Assembly: GCA_951406725.2 (NCBI GenBank)
Contig: OX597815.1
Location: 195,238,001-195,302,000 of the forward strand
Source of the DNA: Octopus vulgaris
Taxonomy: Eukaryota
DNA: 64,000 bases
Direction of reading: 5' to 3'
Positions 55,656 through 64,000 of the stretch are shown one piece after another. Position numbers and translations under genes: made by a program. The notes under the pieces were generated by a model that worked only from the letters and a program-made list of their open reading frames with translations, was not told the origin of the DNA and searched no databases. The stretch's first letter is position 1, and each line of letters starts with the position of its first letter.

Positions 55656-56262
55656 TCACAACAAAAATATAGTTTAACAATCTAGTAATTCAGTGAATAT
55701 TTTCTAACCCTTAAGGTTGTTTTTAACCTCTATTTAAATGTCCAGTGAGGCTTCTTCTGCAGGCTCATGATCTCTAGATGAATGGGACTGGAACTGCTCC
55801 ACAATTGTCCTCCAACCCTCCTTGGTCTTATGAACAAATTCGAAGCTTTTCTTGAATGACACACCGCTAGTAGTCATGCAGAACTCACACTGAAACCGAA
55901 ACAAAAATGATGAATGCTAAATGAGAGCTTAATTATTTGCTACATGACGAAACATGATGACTCAGCAATACAATCTAATCACCACTGAAGTCTGGTAAAT
56001 GCTAAGAATATATTGATGGCCAAGAGTGCCATACAACCCTGTCCTTATTCAAACAAATTTTGCATAAGAATACAAACATGGATTCATGACTGAACATTTT
56101 TAAAGATAGTGAGTGCACTTTAGCTACTTGTGCATAAAAGCTCATCTAAGTATGATACAGGAAATTGTTTTTGAGGAAAAAATAAAAGAAAGTTGTATTC
56201 CTAATATTTGCGTGTGTGTGTGTTTTTATTCCTAATGTGTGTGTGGAGCCGTAATGGCCCAG

Positions 56263-56618
56263 TGGTTAGGGCAGCGGACTCGCGGTCATAGGATCGCGGT
56301 TTCGATTCCCAGAGTGTTTATTGAGCGAAAACACCTAAAGCTCCACGAGGCTCCGGCAGGGGATGGTGGTGATCCCTGCTGTACTCTTTCACCACAACTT
56401 TCTCTCACTCTTGCGTCCTGCTTCTGTTGTACCTGTATTTCAAAGGGCCGGCCTTGTCACTCTCTGTGTCACGCTGAATATCCCCGAGAACTACGTTAAG
56501 GGTACACGTGTCTGTGGAGTGCTCAGCCACTTACACGTTAATTTCACGAGCAGGCTGTTCCGTTGATTCGGATCAACCGGAACCCTCGTCGTCGTAACCG
56601 ACGGAGTGCTTCCAAAAA
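56263..56618 (+). mobile_element. tRNA-derived SINE (near full length)
   Basis: A and B boxes, conserved body, short A tail. Confidence 0.9.
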
Positions 56619-57051
56619 AATGTGTGGGGGGGGACGCGCATGCATTCTTGTACTCCAATCGGGTTACGATTTCGCACGGAAAATTAGTTGGTTATAAGAA
56701 AAATGTACATGAAGACACTCTTCAATATGACATTACAAATAAGGATGTAAAGGTTATCACAAAAGCGTAAACACGTAGGTGTTTGGTAATGACAAAAAAC
56801 ATAGTCTTAGATTGTTTATCTTTTTACAAGTACATCAAAAGTCCTGCTGTAACTTCATGCAAGAATGTGTTTTAATTAAACAGGTAAGTATGAACAATAA
56901 ACCGCTGCGTTTTTGAAACACTATAAACGACTATCAAGGCCCTCATTTTTCCACCATTAAATATATCTCGTTGCAATTATGTAACGCTTTCTGTATGTAA
57001 TTTCATGTTTTAATATATTATATATATTTTCTTCCTCTTTGTATATGTATG

Positions 57052-57104
<53 letters not shown>

Positions 57105-57107
<3 letters not shown>

Positions 57108-57527
57108 AGTGGCTGTGTGGTAAGTAGCTTGCTTGCCAACCACATGGTTCCGGGTTCATCCCAACTGCGTGGCACGTTGGGCAAGTGTCTTCTACTATAG
57201 CCTCGGGCAGAGCAAAGCCTTGTGAGTGGATTTGTTAGGCGGAAACTGAAAGAAGCCCGTCGTATCTATGTGTGTATATATATATTTATATTTATATGTA
57301 TGTGTGTGTATATGTTTTTGTGTTTGTGTTTGTCCCCATCAACATCGATTGACAAACGATGCTGGTGTGTTTACGTCCCCGTATTTTAGCGATTCGGCAA
57401 AAGAGACCGATAGAATAGGTACTAGGATTACAAAGAATAATTCCTGGGGTCGATTTGCTAGACTAAAAGCGGTACTCCAGTATGGCCACAGTCAAACGAC
57501 TGAAACATGTAAAAGAATACGAGAGTA
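57105..57527 (+). mobile_element. Composite tRNA-derived SINE
   Basis: ggagtggctgtgtggtaag head; ggcggtgctccagcatggcc-type tail. Confidence 0.9.
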
Positions 57528-59167
57528 AAGTGCATATGTGTACTGTGTATGTTATATATATATATATATATATATATATGGCTTGTGATAGTTTTCTCTC
57601 AATCATAACGTACAGTATGTTCAAATTTAAGTGATTTACCTCAGTTTAGAGGATATTAGGATTCCCCTTCTAGTTGATATATAACAGTTCCAACAGGCTG
57701 GCCAGTAATGTTACCGACGCTCGTTTAAGAAATATTTAATCAAATGATGTTCGGAATGCTTTAGGGTTGAAATTAAATGAAAGTATAATCGAAAATTTTA
57801 TCTTTTTCTTCTCTTTTTTTTTTTAACTAAATATCTATCAGAATAGGTGGCTAGTGATAAGCTTAGTGATATCAAATATTTTCATCCTGTTTACTAACGA
57901 CCACTACATTCCCCAGTATAATGTAAACGTCATCTCTTACGTAATTTAAATCAATATATTTTGTATTTCCTATTCCGTAAACATACATCTAAATCTCTTT
58001 GAAGTTTTATAGAATATAATATCAAATAAATAGTGAATAGAACACGGCAATATGTTTATTTAATCTACATCTGAATGGGATATAATCCGCTCAATAAGTT
58101 TTCAATCTATATATATTATATCGATTATTTTTGTAATTCTGGTTCCAAATTAAAGAGGGCATTGACATGAGAACGTTGAAATAATTTATATAAGACATTA
58201 ACCAATATTTGATCTATCTATCTCTCAATATCTCATCTACATATCTCAATGTTTGATCTATATATCTCTTTATAGATACATAATACATAAATAAATACAT
58301 GCATACATACATACATAAATATATGTATCTATGCATGTGTGTATGAAGTAATTTGTGTATGTTAGTATTAATGGATTTAATACTTATTTTTAATACTGAA
58401 TTACATGACTAATGAAATTTGAGTGTTAATCATACTTCATTCTCGCTACACTTCCTTAATACGCTTTTTTCTTTAGAGAATACAAAATAGTGAATTACAA
58501 AAAAAGAACGGAATTTCAGTTTAAATGTCAGTGTAAAAGCCAGCTAATTTCAGGCATTTTACAAACAAAATGTTCCTTTTGATCGGTATTTTATCGGGGA
58601 AAATGTTGTTTGACAAATATATTAGCGTATTTCATTAAATATATTACAATATTTAGGTACGGCCCTTTATTTACTGAGATCAAAAGTTGGCTAAATGTCC
58701 TCTTCGTAGCATAAGCATTTATTTTAAGTCGGATAGAAACGTCTCCCATGTTGTTTTGGTAAAGTAAAGATTAGACTTCAGCCGCATGGTTTACAGTTTA
58801 CTCAGCGCAGACGAAAATCAAATTATAATTATTGAAAATTGCAAAAATTATAATTTATAAATATATTATTATTTTCTTCGGATCAGGGACACACAATGAT
58901 TGACAATATAAAATTGTTGGTAGGAGTAAGGGTAAAGTAAAATAGATTTTTCTTAAAATGATTAGGGCATACCAATTCTATCATTATATGAATCTGCTCT
59001 CCTATGAGAAGTATGTAATTTAAAATCTTTTGCTTTTGTATTATTACTTTTGTTTTCAGATATAGCGTAACATGTTACGTTATACATTTAGTCCATTAAT
59101 TTGAACTTTTACTTATAGAGAAACAAGTTAACTAACGTTTTATTAATTTGTATAGTATTTGATATAT

Positions 59168-59428
59168 GTGGAGGCGCGTGGCTTAGTGGTTAGGTATCAG
59201 CATCATGATCGTAAGATTGTGGTTTCGACTCCTGGACCAGGCGACGCGTTGTGTTCTTGACCAAAACACTTCATTTCACGTTGCTCGAGTCCACTCAGCT
59301 GGCAAAAATGAGTAACGCTGCGATGGACTGGCGTCCCGTCCAGGTGGGGAACACATACGCCATTGAAACCGGGAAACCGGGCGCATGAGCCTGGCTAGGC
59401 TTTACAAGGGCGCATTTATTTATTTTAT
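59168..59428 (+). mobile_element. tRNA-derived SINE
   Basis: tggcttagtgg and ggtttcgactcc boxes; (TTTA)n tail. Confidence 0.9.
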
Positions 59429-61072
59429 TAATTATTTCATATATACCTTTCCAAAAACTTGTGGATTGTTTTGTTTTTGTTTTTGTTTTTTTCCAATATC
59501 ATGAAAGTAAAAGGATAAATCTAATGAATACAACGTTGAATTTCAAAAAGAGAAACAATTGTATGATATATTTTTGTTCTAAAGACTATAAATCTAGATA
59601 CGCTCTGCTCATTCAATTTACTTAAACCAGAACATTTGAAAGGGGACAATTATGAATAAATTTTTTTATCTTCTAGGCTAAACTGGGATACGCAGCAAAA
59701 TAATCGAAAAATATTTAGAACTTTTCTTTTCTGAAAATAATCAAATGAGGTTTGGAAGATAGTAAAAGTAACATTTCCCTATTGGTGCTAGATGTTGCAC
59801 TTAGAATAACTGAAACATTCATGCAATAAAGTGGAATAAGCTCATTAAACAGGAAGAAGGATTCTTTCGAAGACCATTATACTGATTAAATTCCCACAAG
59901 TTTTATCTTTACAAATCGTGTTAAAAAAGACATTCGTTCTCTCATTAAGTTTAAGAACATATGCACCAGATACTTCCTCCAGGGCATTCGGGCAAACGTT
60001 TGTTTCATCTAAAAGTAAACAAACTTTCCGAATAACTTTGTAATTAAAACATCTTAATTTATAAAATACATATACCTATTGATTTATAAGCTGAATGAAA
60101 ACTACAAATCAATGAGGATTAATGAGATAATTACCCTTTATACATTTTTAAGTAAGCTCAATACAAATATTCAAAATGTTGCTGAACATACGAATTAATT
60201 GAATATCCTTCCAAGTTATGTCAACTTATTTCTTTGTGCGTCAGTATATTTTTAATTATCTTCGAGACACTAGGCATTTAAACAATATTACCAATCCAAT
60301 TTAGTTCCTTTTTAATCAAGAATGAGTACATTTGCGAATGAAATTATTTTTACATAATTATAAATATATATTTTCTTTTTGGACGGATTCTTTCTTAATC
60401 AATACATTTCTTCAAGTAGAATAACATGTCTCTTTGTATATAATGCAATCATTTGAGACTTCCTCAAAATATACAATTAATTACTACTCGATGACGTTTT
60501 AAACAAGAAGAAATATAAAAGGTATTAAGACTATACTCAGTTCCTTCTCAACGAACACTTTATTTATTGCCGGGTCTAGTGAGTATCATTATGCCAAAAT
60601 AAATGTATAATAACAATGTGCACCGGTCCAATCCCAATCCTTTATTGAATAATTAGTTCGTAAAATAAAGTGCACATCAATTAAAATTTTTATTGGCGTA
60701 ATGATCGTGCCTAGACACAAAAAATTGTTTCAACATACAAATCCACACCAAGAATCTTGCAAATCAAATACAAAAAAAAAGAAGTAAAATTTAGGCACAA
60801 GGCTACCCGTTTCATCAACTGCAGGGTTCAACTGGAACTTATTTAATCGATTTCGGAAGGACGAACGCCAAAATCTACCACAACAGCTATTGAATTCAAA
60901 CTATAAAAACAGATTAAATGATGCTAAGGATTTAGTCTGACGTACTAACAACCATTCTGCCAGTTTATATTCGGTTAATATACTTGGTTAATTTGAAATG
61001 TCATCATTTATTGTACTTTACAAAGGATTACTAAACATCGGTAAAGAGGTTGCACTTAAGGTACTATATCGA

Positions 61073-61152
<80 letters not shown>

Positions 61153-61194
61153 TATATATATATAATATATATATATATATAATATATATACATT

Positions 61195-61820
61195 CAATAA
61201 TGAGGGTGAATAAAATTATAGATATTAATTCAATAATACCCTTATTTTAACACCGAGCGACCTAGCACAATAAACCGGGGATACAAATTCATATTTATCC
61301 GTAAATATAAGAGAGCCAACTTTGAATATGTTAACTCTAGTGCTAGAAATAGCTCCACCGGTAGTCGCCAACGATAATTCCACATAGAAATAGCACTACA
61401 ATCAACGCAATGAAATTGAAATACAACTAAATAATGGATTAATGTTGTACAATTGTTTCCTCATTAACAAAACGCAGATTATACTTACATAATTGTCTAT
61501 GATTCGTCAGCAACATTTGTCAATATAATTAATCAGACCCTTACAGGCGACGATTACCCATGTGATCTGATCAATTACATTGAGGGTTGTAGTTACAAAT
61601 TCCCCGCCGAAAGTAAATGCTAAGTGGAAGTGAATACCGCATGTAATGAGGAAACAATTGTACAACATTGATCCATTATTTAGTTGTATTTCAATTTCAT
61701 TGCGTTGATTGTAGTGCTATTTCTATGTGGAATTATCGTTGGCGACTATACCGGTGGAGCTATTTCTAGCACTAGAGTTAACATATTCAAAGTTGGCTCT
61801 CTTATATTTACGGATATAAT
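61195..61820. mobile_element. (TA)n-flanked fold-back element, arms 61296-61466 and 61644-61816
   Basis: Near-identical reverse-complement arms with a ~177-bp spacer. Confidence 0.9.
61441..61517 (-). ncRNA. Type I hammerhead ribozyme (best-formed example)
   Basis: aatgttg-CTGACGA-A-TCAT...ATGA-G-GAAA-C-AATT-GTA-caacatt; perfect 7-bp stem I and palindromic stem III. Confidence 0.9.
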
Positions 61821-62440
61821 ATATATATATGTATATATATATATAGAGAGAGAGAGGGGGGGAGAGGGAGAGAGAGAGAGAGATAGAGAGAGATAAAACA
61901 AAGTGGGTTGTATATTGCATCTAGTTGAGATACATTACTCAACGGAAATATTGATAAATCCCATACATTCCGAAAAAGGATGAACCATGGAGTCTTGGAT
62001 TTCATACTTTTCACAACATTTAAATTTTCCATCATAGAAGTTTCCTCTATAGATATCCTGTTTGCTATGACAGACTACCCAGTATATAGAAATGTGGATC
62101 AACACATTGACCCATTATCTGGGATATCTCAGAAATAATTATAATAATTAAATTAATTCAAATGATCTGATAAGCGTATCCTGCCTTCGTTTCGTTTTCT
62201 TCTTTTAATTGATAGTCGCTGACTCAGAAATATGCTGTGGATCCCTAACTTCAGTCTTCTTTGTGAACTTGGAAATATATGTGCGTGAACAGCTGAAATG
62301 CACGTGTGTGTGTATGTGCGAGCGGGTCTGCGTGTGTGTTTCTGTGTTTCTGCGTGTCTGTGTGTCCTTGTGTGTATGTGTGTGTGCATGTGTGTTTGTA
62401 ACCAAACATATTAAGGAATTTAACCATTCAGAATTCATAC

Positions 62441-62845
62441 CTATTTCTTTACTACCCACAAGGGGCTAAACACAAAGGGGACAAACAAGGACAAACAAAC
62501 GGATTAAGTCGATTACATCGACCCCAGTGCGAAACTGGTACTTAATTTATCGACCCCGAAAGGATGAAAAGCAAAGTCGACCTCGGCGGAATTTGAACTC
62601 AGAACGTAACGGCAGACGAAATACCTATTTCTTTACTAACCACAGTGGGGACAAACAAGGACAGACAAACGGATTAAGTCGATTACATCGACCCCAGTGC
62701 GTAACTGGTACTTAATTTATCGACCCCGAAAGGATGAAAGGCAAAGTCGACCTCGGCGGAATTTGAACTCAGAACGTAACGGCAAACGAAATACCGCTAA
62801 GCATTTTGCCCTGCGCGCTAACGTTTCTGCCAGCTTGCCGCCGTT
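62441..62845 (-). mobile_element. Tandemly duplicated Nin-domain-type SINE
   Basis: 62441-62625 repeats as 62623-62795; the head is at ~62800-62845. Confidence 0.9.
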
Positions 62846-63481
62846 CAGTATTCATACTGTTTACATATGTCTCAAACATACGTCCATCATGCCATCCTCG
62901 TAAACAAAGGAAAAAGGAACAACAATAACCGCAGCATTGGCTGCACTATATAATTCACTGCACGGTAGTGGAGAAGTTGACAAAAATAGGTTAATACATA
63001 GTTGCTTATAGAAATGAAAACTTTGAAAGGAAATATTATTTTTTCAGTAGAAGTTCATGTCACCACTTGATAGAATATACTTTATTATTCATCTATTGAT
63101 TTCTGTTTAGTCCAGGGAAAGTCCCCAGATCTATTGGAATTGAATTTTGTGACGTTCCTGTCACGTACTCAAATTATTGTCTAGAGTAAAAGAAACCGAC
63201 TGGAAAACCTACCAAGCCGTACAATTAACTGTTTCTATACGGATCACGTCTCTCACGGTCTTCATATATTATTAGATTAAAATGTTTAATATAGAGCAGT
63301 GTATATTTTGTATGATAAGAATCGTTAGAAAATCACCATCATTATCGCTATATTTAAACTTATATAAATATTTGCATCAATCGATTAGCCGTTCAGAGAA
63401 TCAATAAACGCATCTGTCTCGACCAGTCTCTGACTAGCTCTCAGTTTCTCCAATTTTCGCTATACATATCTGTATATGTGT

Positions 63482-63547
<66 letters not shown>

Positions 63548-63776
63548 GTACCTATCTAGCTAGCGAGCTACTTATCTGCGGTCAAACACTAGCAAAAACA
63601 AACTTTTCCCCAAAACGTTTAATAACATCCACATAAAAGACTTCATGACACTTTTAAAATTTTTTTTTTTAAATCACCACCTTTAAACTTCAAAATTTGT
63701 ATTAAGTAATACTCATAGATTTTCAAACATATATAACTATATGTATGTATGTATTATGTACGCATGTATGTATTAT

Positions 63777-63876
63777 NNNNNNNNNNNNNNNNNNNNNNNN
63801 NNNNNNNNNNNNNNNNNNNNNNNNNNNNNNNNNNNNNNNNNNNNNNNNNNNNNNNNNNNNNNNNNNNNNNNNNNNN
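63777..63876. other. Assembly gap (100 N)
   Basis: N run. Confidence 1.
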
Positions 63877-64000
63877 TTGTTTGTTTGTATCCACCTGCCT
63901 TCGTATTTTGTTTATTTCCGTAAACCTGCCTTCGTCTTTTGTCTATTTTCATAAAGCTTCCCTTTATATATATATATATATTATAAGTCTCAGTCATTTG

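Noticed and set aside
56263-56312. tRNA gene-like heads (also 8253, 10152, 59168)
   Set aside because: They continue into SINE bodies and lack a complete cloverleaf.
59965-60010. Possible small minus-strand exon after a pyrimidine-rich acceptor
   Set aside because: Weak donor, no recognisable peptide, no supporting neighbouring exons.

Overview
AT-rich, microsatellite-saturated animal DNA with no recognisable host protein-coding exon. The SINE families point to a coleoid cephalopod, probably Octopus; this is an inference from repeat types. Nearly all ORF-track entries are translations of (TA)n, (CA)n, (GATA)n or (CAT)n arrays. Real coding traces are all transposon-derived: a 5'-truncated CR1-group LINE with an open RT frame (28695-30682, minus), a Penelope-like RT + GIY-YIG relic (~19300-20580), and Gypsy, mariner and Chapaev-like relics. 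Also present are a short LTR family, two non-autonomous Helitrons and many tRNA-derived SINEs. The main result: by eye I find about nine well-formed and several degenerate or truncated type I hammerhead ribozyme motifs from apparently unrelated small elements. Most of these elements sit in (TA)n tracts, and several form fold-back (inverted) insertions. Each family has its own self-complementary stem III, several have long stem II inserts, and one family has a G3:C8 swapped catalytic core. This looks like a diverse set of non-autonomous, ribozyme-bearing, (TA)n-associated Penelope-type or retrozyme-like elements. Ribozyme activity is inferred from motif and base-pairing only.
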